A stretch of 64,000 bases of DNA, from assembly GCF_009914755.1 (NCBI RefSeq), contig NC_060925.1; one strand, written 5' to 3'. The stretch comes from the human T2T-CHM13v2.0 reference genome, Homo sapiens. Below the pieces are notes generated by a model that ran no database searches, had not been told where the DNA came from, and saw only the letters and a program-made list of their open reading frames with translations. How positions within the stretch are numbered: position 1 is the stretch's first letter; each line of letters begins with the position of its first letter. The translations under genes and the position numbers were made by a program. This document shows, one piece after another, positions 13,655 to 26,680 of the stretch.

Positions 13655-14042
13655 TCAAGCCAAATGCCTCTTTCTTTGTGGAGCTTTATTGAATATCCAG
13701 AGGCTATTCTTTTAGTTGCGCAATGTGCTTCCATAGATTTCGGCCACACATCTGTTAGTGCTCCTAACATACGACACGGCAATGAGTGGTGTATCCTCCT
13801 GGGTAGAACAGGCATTCCTCAGGGAGCTGCTAAGATTCTATGTGGCCGTGTAATCCTTGTCCCAAACACAGGGTCTAGAACATAATCATTCATTAATGAA
13901 TATTTATTGAATTAAATAATGGGTTTTGAGCTAGGCTTGGAAATTAATATTAGATCTGCATTTGTGGTGGGGGTGGGAGGGTGTGAGGTCACCTCAGGAA
14001 TGGGAACAACCTTGTGGAAACTGAAATGGACATGACATTTTG

Positions 14043-14680
14043 TTCATTCATTCAACAAACACTTGAATGTGCCAAACACTTGAGTAAAAGCAGATGTAGC
14101 TTCTTCCTCTGGGACTTACAAACTAGTGGGAGAAATCAACTTTCATCAAATATAACAGTAAATACACATTTGTAACTGATAAATTCTACAAAAGAGAGGG
14201 CTATGGTGCTCTGAGACAGTCTGACTTGGTCACAGAAGACAGAATATATGTGAAATTAGTGGAGAGCATTTCTGTGAAAAGAAGTAGTGTGTACAGACTC
14301 CACTCAATGGCCTAAAAGAAGGCTGTGGGGATGGAGGGGTACAGTGCTGGGATGTTAGGCTGAAGAAGCAAGTAGGGGTCAGATCATGTAGGGCTCTTTA
14401 AGCCACATCCAGGAGTGCTGACTTTCTTGTAAGAATAATCCAAACCATTGAGCAACCCTAAGTCCTAAAGACTGGTGTAGGGGTTCAGCAATCATCAAAT
14501 GTTCCCATTGGCATTTTGCAAAGCTCATGCTGGGTGCAGAGTGGGTAATGCATGGGGGCACAGCCAGAGTGGATTCTGGCGGAGTGATTGACAGGCTTCT
14601 GCAACCATGCAGTTGAGAGATGATAGAAGCTTGGATGCAAGTGTAGTGACAGAAACAGAGAAGATGGACACAGTGGTTCA
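14043..14680 (-). mobile_element. L2 3' region
   Basis: (TTCA)n tail, GGGGTCAGATCATGTAGGGC, GATGATAGAAGCTTGGA. Confidence 0.75.
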
Positions 14681-14849
14681 CACAAAAAATGACAACTTCA
14701 CTACAAGTGATTTAGCAGTGATAAGAATTAACATTGAATAGGAAATATTGGGGTTAAGCAGTGCAGGACTCAGTCTGTTGGGCCACATAGATCAAACCCA
14801 ATACCTATGCTCATTGACATCTCTTCCTTTACCTGCGTTTTCCCTTTAA

Positions 14850-14945
14850 TTCATTTACTCACTCAATCATTTATTCATTGAATCACTCATTCATTCACTC
14901 GGTATTTACTGAGGTCCTACTATGTGCCAAGCTTTATATCAAGTA
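14850..14945 (-). mobile_element. L2 3' tail fragment
   Basis: CATTCATTCACTCGGTATTTACTGAGGTCCTACTATGTGCCA. Confidence 0.7.
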
Positions 14946-15478
14946 CTCCTGCAAATCTCAATTTTCCTTTCTTCTGTCTTAATTTATCCTAGCTTTTCTT
15001 ACCAAAGTAAAAAAAAAAACTTCTTCCAAGAGCCCTTCACTGGTCTTCCCAGTTATGCATAAGCAGCCTTCACTCATCCTTTCCCCATTTGAAACGGCAC
15101 AACACTCATGCATTAAGTTATTTGACTTCATCTGTAGGTGTTAAATCAACAACTTCCTTTTGACACTTGGTTCCTCACTTAACCAGAGACCCACAAAATA
15201 AAGGCACGTGGTAAACGATTGTTTCACTGAGCGAAACTAAATTAAAGAATACACAGGCAGGAAACTTCACAAAACAGAATTAAATTATCTCTAAATGATC
15301 ATCAGGTTCTGATGATGCCCCTGGATTTCTTTATTATTACTAGTTTTGATAAATGATTTATTTTTCATGTAGAATTGTAAAACGCTCCATTCCTTGTCAT
15401 TGTGTCGTTTCAGAAATCTCTGGTAATTTAGTTAACCTAACCTTCCCTGTGACATATGGGTCTCTTATAAAAGCCGTT

Positions 15479-16022
15479 CAGTGTTCTGCTGAAGCCAGCT
15501 CATACCAGCTCAGGAGAGCCAGTTGTTCACATCTTTTTTTTCCAGTAAGGCTATTTTTTTATTTTTATTTTTTATTGTGCTTAAATTTTAGGGTACATGT
15601 GCACAACGTGCAGGTTAGTTACATATGTATACACGTGCCATGTTGGTGTGCTGCACCCATTAACTCGTCATTTAACATTAGGTATATCTCCTAATGCTAT
15701 CCCTCCCCCCTCCCCCCTCCCCCCTCCCCCCACCCCACAACAGGCCCGGTAAGTCAGGAAACAACAGGTGCTGGAGAGGATGTGGAGAAATAGGAACACT
15801 TTTACACTGTTCGTGGGACTGTAAACTAGTTCAACCATTGTGGAAGTCAGTGTGGCGATTCACAGCTTTTTCTAGCTCCTAACTCAATGATTTACTTTAG
15901 TAGCTTGAAATTGGCAATGTTGGGAGTATTTTTCACCATGGAAATTGGCAAATGCTACAAATCAAGGCTTTGACGTTTTCCTCTGGGAAGCCAGTCATGA
16001 ATGACTTTCTAGCACGCCATTG
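15479..16022 (+). mobile_element. MER63A (hAT-Blackjack), split by an L1 insertion
   Basis: Ends CAGTGTTCTGCTG...AGCACGCCATTG; internal GTAGCTTGAAATTGGC and GGAAATTGGCAAATGCTACAAATC match recalled MER63A. Confidence 0.8.
15539..15861 (-). mobile_element. Short 5'-inverted L1PA (approximately PA3-PA5) insertion
   Basis: 15554-15750 is the L1PA 3' end in antisense; 15751-15861 is upstream L1 sequence in sense (AAGTCAGGAAACAACAGGTGCTGGAGAGG...GTGGCGATTC); flanks TTCACATCTTTTT / TTCACAGCTTTTT. Confidence 0.92.
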
Positions 16023-16224
16023 CTTCGAACTCACCCCGCAAAAAAAAAAAAAAAAAGAAAGAAAAAATCCAAACCAAACCAAAACAAAATTAAGATGAGT
16101 GGGTTCAATGTATTCTTAAACATGAGTGTGTGAGCATATGTGTGTGCAGGTTGAAGTGACAGAGAGCTATTTGTTAGACCTATGAAAAAAAGTGGAATTC
16201 TGTTATTCTCATCTTCATTTTGGG

Positions 16225-16745
16225 CTTCATTCATTCAGGCACTCATTCAACCAACACACTTACTGGTTCATATATCAGGCAATAGTTTCTTTTCTCAAAT
16301 TGGACACAATCTAGTTAGTGAGAGACAACAACAGAAATTCCTATACAACATAATGAGCATGGATTCTGAACTGAAGTACAGGCCATATTAATGGAGAGGG
16401 GGAAACACATTTAAGAATTATGTAGGAAGTAAAACAAGCTTATTTGAGAACAGGTGAAAGAGAGGAATTGGAGATAATTGGCAATTTTCTAGAATGTGCA
16501 GGTGGGTGGATGGTTGTCTGTTCTCTAAATACAGGCTGAGAAATGGGTTGAAGGGAGGGGTGGGTGGAGCAGGCAGAGGTGAGTGAAGGAGGTGGGCTCC
16601 ATTTGAGACATGTTAATTTGAAGTTATTTTGGAATCTTTAGCAGGCAGTTTGCAATACGTGTGTGAAAATTGGAAAAAGATTGGGTGATAGTGATTTAAA
16701 GTCATTTTCCTGTGGTAGTAATTAAAGCTGAGTGAGAATAAGAGG
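16225..16745 (-). mobile_element. L2 fragments
   Basis: (TTCA)n tail; TTTGAGACATGTTAATTTGAAG and AGCAGGCAGTTTG are L2 3' motifs. Confidence 0.65.
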
Positions 16746-16748
16746 GAG

Positions 16749-17267
16749 TGTTAGTCAGGATCCCAGCAGGAAGCAGATGTCACACTCAAATGGGATAATT
16801 AAGGAGAATTTGATGACAAGACTATATATAAAGGTTGTGGGCAGGATTCAGAAAACCAACTGAGATGATGAAACACACCAGGACTAGCAACCACAGACAG
16901 CCATGACCTCTCCTAGGCCTGGAGGGTTGAACGGAAGGAGCATTTACAACGTAGAGATGCAGGAGCTAAATCTGTGAGTGTGGTGGTAGGAGAGGGTTGG
17001 CCGTGGGACCTTAGCCTCAGTAGAGGAACTTAGCCACTGCCAACCCAGAGCCTAGCAGGGAAGGAGCCTGGGGAATATACATGCTGACCTCCCTCTCTTG
17101 CCACCATCTTATTTTCTTCCCCCAGTTGGCCAAATCCATCATGAAGCCAAAGGGCAAGGAAACACCTGGAGGCTTCATAGAGGTCATCCTCCTGGGGCCC
17201 AGGGCAGGGTCAAGAAGGGTGGATGGTGGAATAGTGACCTTGGCATGGCAAGTGGAAAATAACCAAT
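16749..17267 (-). mobile_element. Old MaLR LTR (MLT1N2/MLT1M-like)
   Basis: TGTTAGTCAGGATCCCAGCAGGAAGCAGATGTCACACTCAAATGGG...GAAGCCAAAGGGCAAGG; subfamily uncertain. Confidence 0.65.
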
Positions 17268-18379
17268 GAGATGATGATCAGAGGAGACTGAGACAAGATG
17301 GAACCTCAAGAAGCACCCACATTTAAGAGACAAGCAGATGGAGGATCCTGAGAAGTGACACCCAAAAGGATTAGATGAGGGAGTGGTTTTGCTGAAAGAA
17401 AAGGCAGTGTTCTAAGTAAGAGGAAACATTGTCACATATGCAGGATCAAAGTACAATAATAAGAGTCCAAAGAATTCCCAGCAAAGTAGCCATTTATAGT
17501 CCTGGCTGACTATTATTTGCACACATGAGGTTATGAAATTGACAGAAGCCACAGGAACGAGTTTGCAAACCTCGGTGTCATTGTTTTTGCATCTAACAGG
17601 AAGATAGGGGTAGAAAGTTTGCCGTCCTATATAGTAGACTCCTTCTCACTGCCTGTACCTCCTGTTCCATCTTTGACCCTGATTCTACAAGCACGTGCTC
17701 GAAAGAGAAGAGACAGGTCATTGTCAACTTCAAGCCACCATGACATTATCCAAGGAAGGGAGGCAGTGACAATGGTTAAAGAAGTAGCCTGCTCCTTTCT
17801 GCAGCTCCCTTAGGGTCTGACAGTAGCAGATGCAAGAGCAAGAGTTTGGTATTCTCCATTTCAGATACAGTGGTGGATTATTTTACATAAAGGATTAGCA
17901 ACAGTGGTCTTGGTCTGGTGCAGTTGAGTAGATATTTCAGAGTGCAAAATATGGCCTGGCTGTGAATTGACAAGGAGTCAGGAATCATAGCCTAGGAGAT
18001 ACTTTACAGGACAAAGATGCAGTCTTTGTATTTAATAGGAAATGTCAGGGGAACAACCCTATGGAGTATGAATGAAATGCATATAGCACAGGGAACATTA
18101 CATAGCACACATTCCATACATGTTTGTTGAATAAAACGGAATTTTTAAAAGATGCAGTAACATTTAGTCATAAGAATACTTGACAGAGAAAATTTTTTCA
18201 TCGTGTACTGTTTGACACCTTACCAAAAGATTAGTAAAATATTTTCCCTGTTTTAGTTTGTTTTTTCCCATACAAAATACAACTTCATTAACCAAACAAC
18301 TACAGCAAAATTTATAATATGCCAGCATAACTCTATTTATCACATTGATACACTTATTTTGCAGACTTTAAATATTTAT

Positions 18380-18720
18380 GTGTATTTTAAAAATATATTG
18401 TCTGTATAATTTTATATAGTGTTTCCTTGTTAGCTTTTTAGCATAAGCGTTCTCCATATTACTTTCTAATCATTTTTAGTGGCTGAATAAGAGCCTGTGC
18501 AGAAGATGCAAGGTGATCTTCTTAGCTGTTTCTGAGTATTTATGTGGATTCATGTTTTTCACTTTTAGAAATATACACATGAGGGCATTGTACCCAGAAT
18601 TTTTCCCCACTGAGTTTTGAGTTATTTCCTTGGGAAATTTCTGGCTTTCTTGAAATCAAATTACTAGGTTGAAGAACAAAAGCATTATGATGAATCTTGA
18701 TGCAATTTAAGTACATTTGA
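18380..18720 (-). mobile_element. Old L1ME fragment
   Basis: CATTTTTAGTGGCTGAATA...TTATTTCCTTGGGAAATTTC...AATTACTAGGT. Confidence 0.55.
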
Positions 18721-19544
18721 TATTACAAATTCTTAAACTTGCTTTTGAGTAAATACACTTGCATTTTCTTTAGCTTTTTGCATGTCTAACAACTCTTTTG
18801 CCTGTGAAAATCTAGTAATTTTTATTTTTCCGCCTGTCAAATGAATATAGTGGTAGCTCTGGCTGAGAAGAAAATGAACAAAGTGACTTGAAATCCATTA
18901 TCCCTGAGTACAAAGTTTAAGATGACAAATACTGATTGAACTGAATTGAATCTAGCAAGTAAGGTGATAATACATGATTGTTAAGTCATTATCTGTGATT
19001 TATTTCAATCTAATCGTGATTTACTATAATTCTGTACTTCAAACAAGATCAAAAAGGCTAGCTGTGATCTAGTAGTCATACCTTGTGTAACATATGCTAT
19101 AAAACCGGGATGTAATTGCTGTTAATCAGTGCTTATTGAATGTGTTTCATAGCATTTTCTTCAGCATGTTCCATTGCAGAGCTCATGTGTGAGGCACATA
19201 TTTTCAGTGCTTTGCTCCCTTACACTGATGACAATGTGTTGATTTTTCATGTCGGGTATTTTTATTTGGTTAGTCTGATTGCATTTTGCTTCTCTTTACA
19301 TTTAATTATTTTCTCCCTTCTGTTAGTATATTTTGTCCATCTTCTCGTAGGGAGTTTTTTTTTTTTTTTCTCCTCCTCTAACATCTCATTAGTAATTCAT
19401 TTAAGTTTTCTTAAACTTCCTACACATGGGTTCTGCCGTCTTTATGCTTGTTAAATTTATTAAAGTTTGGATTGAAATTAAAGGAAATAAATGCCCAAAG
19501 TGTGTAAAAACCATTTGACTCAGTAAATAAACACCCAGACAATC

Positions 19545-19836
19545 TTTTTTTTTTTTTTTGAGATGTCTTGTTCTATTGCCCAGGCTAGAGTGCAGTGGCA
19601 CAATCTCAGCTCACTGCAACCTCCACCTCCTGGGTTCAGGCAATTCTCTGCCTCAGCCTCCTGAGTAGCTGGGACTACAGGCGCCCACCACCACACCTGG
19701 CTAATTTTTTGTATTTTTAGTAGAGACGGGGTTTCACCATCTTGGCCAGGATGGTCTTGAACTCCTGACCTCGTGATCCGCCCTCCTCAGCCTCCCAAAG
19801 TGCTGGGATTACAGGTGTGAGCCACCACACCCAGCC
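19545..19836 (-). mobile_element. AluS (Sc/Sg-like) with TSD
   Basis: TSD CCCAGACAATCTTTT at 19534-19548 and 19837-19851. Confidence 0.97.
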
Positions 19837-20245
19837 CCCAGACAATCTTTTAAATATTTTTGCACTGTATAAAAATAGGTGAAATATCGAACTTTACACA
19901 TTTTTTTAAAATGTTCACACTTTGATTCCAGATTAACTAAATAGATGCCCAAAACAGATACAGTTTTAAAAACTCTTGCAAATCACCGATATGCATCTGT
20001 GTAAAATAGGTACAACATTTACAAGTTAATAGGTATGGTTTTTGTGTGACCACTAGATGTTTTTTCATTCATTGGCCAATGTGATTATAGGAAAACCATG
20101 TTCAGCTTAATTTAGGAAGAACACTGATAGAGATAACTGGCTAAACAGTAAACTTGGTAGACCCAATTTTAAAAAGCAGTTTTCATACCTAAAATCACAA
20201 GATTTTTTCCTCTTCAAGATATTAAGATGTGTGCACACATACTAG

Positions 20246-20296
20246 ATATATATATATATACACACACACACATACACACACATATGTATGCACACA
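20246..20296. repeat. (TA)n(CA)n compound microsatellite
   Basis: Directly visible. Confidence 0.9.
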
Positions 20297-22559
20297 TCAA
20301 GATATCTACTCCCCATATATATCAAGAGTCTGATTAGAGTTTAGCTTTTTGCTTTTTTTTTTTGGCATTTCTTTTTGCTTTGGAATGTTGCCTGGTACAT
20401 TGATTTTTCTATAATAGGTGAATTTTGAGAAAGGAGTTTTCAAAGCATGAAAACAGAACAATGTCTAAGGAAATCCTAGTTGCTTTCGATATTAAATGAA
20501 TAATATAAACACATTTTCAACATACTGATGTACTATTTAAAATCATAATATCTATTACTTTTAATCAATATTGGAGTTTCTTTTAAACTAATCTCTGTGC
20601 CCCATCCATACATTATACTGTGGAACCAAACTCTTCACTGTGAATGAGTGGAAAGGACATTCAAAATCCTTCATATTGAGAAGTAAAATAAAATTCATGT
20701 ATTCGCTTGTTTATGAAATATTTATAGGTACCTATTATGCCAGTCAAATGCTCGTGTACATTAGGAGTAAAATTAATTTATTTAATCTATGCAACCTTGT
20801 TTATTGTCCCCCTAAAATAAATTTATGTGACTCATGTTAACTATATAGTAGATTTTTTGTTCTAGTAATCCTCCACAGATGTTCAAGTCTGCTTAATTGT
20901 TTTTCATTTGCAGGAAAAAGATTTTTAAAGGCTATAAAATAGCAATTAAAATGCCTGAGGATATAACTACACAAGGCAAATAATGAAATTAACAAGGTTC
21001 AGTGGTTCTACATGACACAATTGCCTTTTTCCTAACAAGGAAATAAATTTTTTCTCTAAAAGCTATTATATGTGGACTTAAGTTGGAACAAAAATAAACC
21101 CAGTGTTCAAGCTCAGACACAGCTTTTTGAAGACAAGAGCTTTAATTTAAGTTCCCTGAGATCCCCACCTTTCCGATGCTGTGTATTTCACAGTCGAAGA
21201 TAGTTAACATTTTGAGTGTGCAAAGATTCATTTCATTCATTTAGTGCTTATTAAGTGCTATGAAAGATACAAAGAGGTAGCAAACAGTGCTTGGTTCCCT
21301 TTGAAGAAATTAAGCTGAAAAGGGTACCTTAATCCTTAGAAAATTTGAAATACTAATTAACTAAACAAACCTCTAGACTCGAATCCTAAACTAATGTTAT
21401 TTCCACGTTACTGTATCCGGATACTTCCCCTCGAGACTCAAGGAATCTTCTACTTAAATCTGCCAGAGCACTAAAATCATAGATGTAATAAGTTGTACAA
21501 CCCCAGTAATCCCCTGCTGTGAGTATAGAGTAGGAACCAGGCTCCCAGGTGTTCCTCATTCCACACACTCTTTGTTCCTCCTTCCACACACTCTTTCCAT
21601 CTTCTCATCCCGGAAGGATGTGGCTATGAGGGTAGTCGTGAAGTCTCGATGGATCACGCCAAAATGGTTTGTAGATAGGAGTATGTCAGTGTTTAAGATG
21701 GTTTGTCATTTGTGGATGGTGACTGTCAAGGGGATCTGGATAAGGAAGAGGAAGAAGACAGGTGAGATGTTCACAATCTCATGTGGAAGTGGTCTATTTG
21801 GTGATTGCCTACATAGTCATTTTATAAACATTTAAAAATAATTCCTAGAAACAGCATGTTTTTTGTTGGTAACTTCTCAGGGGCATTAAATCAGCAGGCC
21901 TGTGCTCCTGCTGATCTGTCATGATAGATTTGGAAAGTAATTCATATTTTATATTGATATTGAAACATATTGAGTCTCCTCTTCAGTCATCTGGGTTTCA
22001 TTTGTGTCTAATCTTACTTAATTAGATACCAGTGTGCTTTGCTGTTACGTGAAGAGTGAATGGGGAAAATGCTTTATATGTAGATGATGAGCAGAGTTGC
22101 TTTTGCTAATTTGGGCTTACACTGACCCCAGGATATCTCATTTGTAAGTGCTGTGCTAGGATATTTACTTTGTTTACTTTGAAAACTTAGCTTTGACATT
22201 CATTATATGAAAATGTGATGTGATAATCAGCAAGATAAAGGAACGTATGAAAATCAATTATGGTATCATTTAGTAAACTAATTTAAGGAGAAGATTGAGG
22301 TTTTATTGGTACTTCAAAATGGAAACAGAAACTGTCAAATCCAGTCAAATCCATTTTCTATCTAAGGATCATATTGGCCTGTGAAATAATTTGCAAATAT
22401 TGCTTTCTAAGCCATTTTCACGGGTTCTTTTATTTTTGAATATTGGGCTTCCCAGGATGGTATTCTTGTTCCTCTAATTAATTCAACAACTATTTATTGT
22501 GTTCTGTCCTATTTTTACTCTCTGAGATAACACATTTCCAGTCTTGACTTTTTCCCCTA

Positions 22560-24175
22560 CAACTTTAGCTATCACTTCACATTGTCTTCATCCAGCTCAG
22601 CGCTGTGTTTTCAAATCTTTACCTTTATTTCTAGCTTTCTCCTCCTATCCATGTTTCCATCAGGCACCCTGAATCCCAAACTCAAACTCATGACCCAAAC
22701 TGACTGCTCCCCAAATACCACAACCTACATATTTTTAAAGAATCTTATCCTATTCTAAGAATAGGTTTATAGTCTCACATTAGATACTAGATTTTTATAC
22801 TAAGAATCTAAAGAATGCTATTGTTTATCTGTGGTCTCAGTGAATGGAACTCGGAGATTCTCAGTTGTTCAATCTGGAAAACTCCCATGGAGCCTAACTC
22901 CCCATATTTTGCTCTAAGCACCTCCTTCTAATTCAGCCATGCCACGACTGTCTCCTAAATCTCTTTTCTTCTATAGCATCTCTATTGTGTTAGTTTAGGC
23001 TCGACTCATTTCTTGACTCAACATATGCAATTTTCTTTTTTTATTTGCATAGGTTTTTGGGGAACAGGTGGTGTTTGGTTACATGAGTAAGCTCTTTAGT
23101 GGTGATTTGTGAGATTTTGGTGCACCCATCACCCAAGCAGTATACACTGAACCCAATTTGTAGTCTTTTAGCCCTCACCCCCTCCCACCCTTCCCCCAAG
23201 TTCCCAAAGTCCATTGTATCATTCTTATGCCTTTGCATCCTCATAGCTTAGCTCCTACTTATGAACGAAGACATATGATGTTTGGTTTTCCATTCCTGAG
23301 TTACTTCACTTAGAATAGTAGTCTCCAGTTCCGTTCAGGTTGCTGCGAATGCCGTTAATTTGTTCCTTCCTATGACTGAGTAGTATTCCATCGTATATAC
23401 ATATATACCACAATTTCTTTATCCACTCGTTGATCCATGGGCATTTGGGCTGGTTCCATACTTTTGCAATTGTGGATTTTGCTGCTATAAACATGCATGT
23501 CCAGGTATCTTTTTCATATAGTGACATATTTTCCTCTGGGTAGATACTCAGTAGTGGGATTGCTGGATCAAATGCTGGTTCTACTTTTGGTTCTTTAAGG
23601 AATCTTCAGGCTGTTGTCCATAGTGGTTCAACACATGCAATTAATTCTTAATCAAGCATCAGTCCTCCAGTCTTTTCCACTCCTTCCAATTCCCATCTCA
23701 AAGCTCTATTTTAAGGATCACAGTCTCATCAGATTACTGCCTTGTTGGAAATTCTTGGAAGGTTTCCCTCAGTTACACTTTTGCCCTTATGCCTGATAAC
23801 TTCTGTACTCTTGTTTCTGAACAAGTCTCTCTCTAGTTCTGCAGGCAACGTGTTGTGATCTCAGACTCCATGTCTTTACATGTCCTGTTTCCTCTACCTG
23901 GAAGGCCCTTTCTTGCCTCCTTTGTTTAGCTAATTCCTACAACTCTTTCATAACTCAAGATAAACATCATCTTCTCTGGGATATTTCCCAAGACTCTCTC
24001 TCTATCTATATAATAGCAGTGTTGCTGTGCTGCCCTACAGTATTCCAAGAACACTGTGTGCGTGCCTCCTATAATTTACCACGTCTGTTTATATGATAAC
24101 CGTGTTGGTTTCTTTATATGGGTAGTGGCTACCTTGAGCGCAGGAACTGTGTCTTATTTACCACTCTCCCAGTAA
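22560..24175 (+). mobile_element. L2, fragmented and interrupted by L1PB
   Basis: CTCAAACTCATGACCCAAACTGA, TCTCAGTGAATGG, TTCCTCTACCTGGAAGGCCCTT, GCAGGAACTGTGTCTTATT occur in L2 order. Confidence 0.7.
23033..23627 (-). mobile_element. 5'-truncated L1PB1-like element with 15-bp TSD
   Basis: GGGGAACAGGTGGTGTTTGGTTACATGAGTAAG...GGTGATTTGTGAGATTTTGGTGCACCC; TSD TCAACA(T/C)ATGCAATT at 23018-23032 and 23628-23642. Confidence 0.92.
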
Positions 24176-24183
24176 TGGGCATA

Positions 24184-24305
24184 TTCAGTTCAAGTCAATA
24201 AATATTTATTGAGTACCTACTATGTACTAGACACTAAGTGCTTTCAATATACATCAATGAGCAAAACAGACAAAAATTTCTGCATGCATGAATTTATATG
24301 CTAGC
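24184..24305 (-). mobile_element. L2 3' end
   Basis: AATAAATATTTATTGAGTACCTACTATGT...AAAACAGACAAAAAT. Confidence 0.75.
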
Positions 24306-24727
24306 ATAATTGCTTGGTGTTGAAAGAGAGAGAGATAGAGAGGGAGAAGGAGAGAAAGAGAAGAAGAAAAGAAAATAGGAGGGAGGGATTGAGATGAAAA
24401 TGTGGAATTGTAATACTTTGAAAGGAAACAATCATTGGTATTCTGGTTGGGAATTTGAAATTTCCAAATTATCAGCTTATGGAAACGGAAGTGGACCTCC
24501 TCGAGATCGCTTCCCGAGGTTTTTGTATTCCTTGTCATGCTGCTAATTGCTTCATGCCTTCATTATAGGACTCAGCTCCCAGTGGATTTCAGTATTGTTC
24601 CCAGTTCCTTTCTATTAATAAATGTTTAGTAAAATGTAGCAGTAAAGAAAATCATATGAAGTTATGTAACTTTTCGGAAATTAAAGAAACTACTTAGTAA
24701 TGCTTAATGCTTTTAAGAGTGCAATAG

Positions 24728-25174
<447 letters not shown>

Positions 25175-26680
25175 CTAGACATTTGGAAGTTTTATGTTTC
25201 TTTTTGGTAAGTGTCCATACTTAAAAAAAAGTGTGCGCAGTGTTTTCTGTGCTTTACTGAAAGAGTATCCTAGTGGCAACAAATTCCACCGTGTTAATAC
25301 ATATTATTTATAAGAATTTGAACCTTTGATTTTCCTGAAAATAATTTTACACCATTCTTTTTTCTTTTTGACATTTCCATAGGTGATATTTTGCACTATT
25401 GGGCAAAATATTTATCTAAAAGGCAATGTTAGGAGGATCACATTTCTCTGCTCTGGGCCACAGGCTGCTCCCCCGATGGTACTGGCAAACTCAGGGGTTG
25501 AGGTGGCATGGAAAACGTTTCTTTGGGGGCTGTGCTCACCATTAAAGTGGGGAAGTGGAAAGCTGACAAAGTGGATATATAGGGTATTTTTTGAAAATAG
25601 TCGTGGAAGACAATGTGAATAATGATCGTGTGAGACAAGTATCTTTAAAATGAATATGTGGATGTGAATATGTGTGTGTGCATGTGTATGCTCATGGGTG
25701 CGTAAGAGGGAGAGGCAAACCTTTTAGTTGTATGGTTTAGCATTATAGAAGACAGTAAGGTTGGTTATGGAGGCTTTCCCTGAAGTCTTCCAGCAGATTG
25801 TAAACATATTAATTAAAAAGGTACCACTTTGGGCTAGTCAAGTCACTTCTGAGCTCCCGCATCTGAGGGATGCAAGCGATTTGGAATTTGGAGGCCCTGG
25901 GATCCCGTTGGTCCTGAGTGTCGCAGAGCAGAGGCTGCAGGGCTGATGCTGTTCTCCTCACAGTGGACAGAGCTCTATGTCCTGCTGCTCTCACTGGACC
26001 ATTAGGAGATGAGTGGTCTGGCTGCCCCTACCCCCAAGGGATTTTCTTGTGGGCAGCACGGTGCTGTGTGCAGTCTGGAGATAACATAGTTTTATGTGTC
26101 CCTTTGAATCGCCGGCTCTGCTTGTTCATCTGTCTCACCAACCATTCAGGAACAGCCAAGGGATAGTCACCCATCCTTATTTTGATTGAAAGAGGAAAAG
26201 CTTTATGAATTTTTCTCACATTCATTAATCATGCTCAGTTACTTTTTCTGTATGGTGCTTCTTGTAATTTCCTTCCCTCAAATGCATTAGATTCCAAGAC
26301 CTCTAAGTAATTGACAGCTACTTTTCTAGGGCAAAGATATTCATTTTAGTTGCCATGTGGGGTTTTATCTTTCTACTTGTTCTTTTCCCCAGCACCCTTC
26401 CCTAAAAACCTGATTTAACGGATGCTGTTACTCCGTCTTCATGGGGACTGGTGCTTTTGCCTATCTATTTTCTGTTTTACCTTATCATTAAGGACACCTC
26501 CAGTGAGGTGATCTCTCGTGGGATTACTAACTCCAGGCCAACACATGAATGGCTCACCAGACCACACTGTATCTCACCATATCTCACACAGGAACTCTTA
26601 AAAAAAATGACGCTACACTGTTTATAATCTAGTGGGTAATGAAAATTTTTAAACTTTTTTTTCCCACTAAACTAGTTCTT

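Noticed and set aside
20885-21000. Strong-looking acceptor TTTTTCATTTGCAG|G at 20913
   Set aside because: No convincing downstream donor or reading frame.
23306-23527. ORF resembling the L1 ORF2 C-terminus (KDTWTCMFIAA...WNQPKCP)
   Set aside because: It is part of the truncated L1PB copy and not a functional gene.
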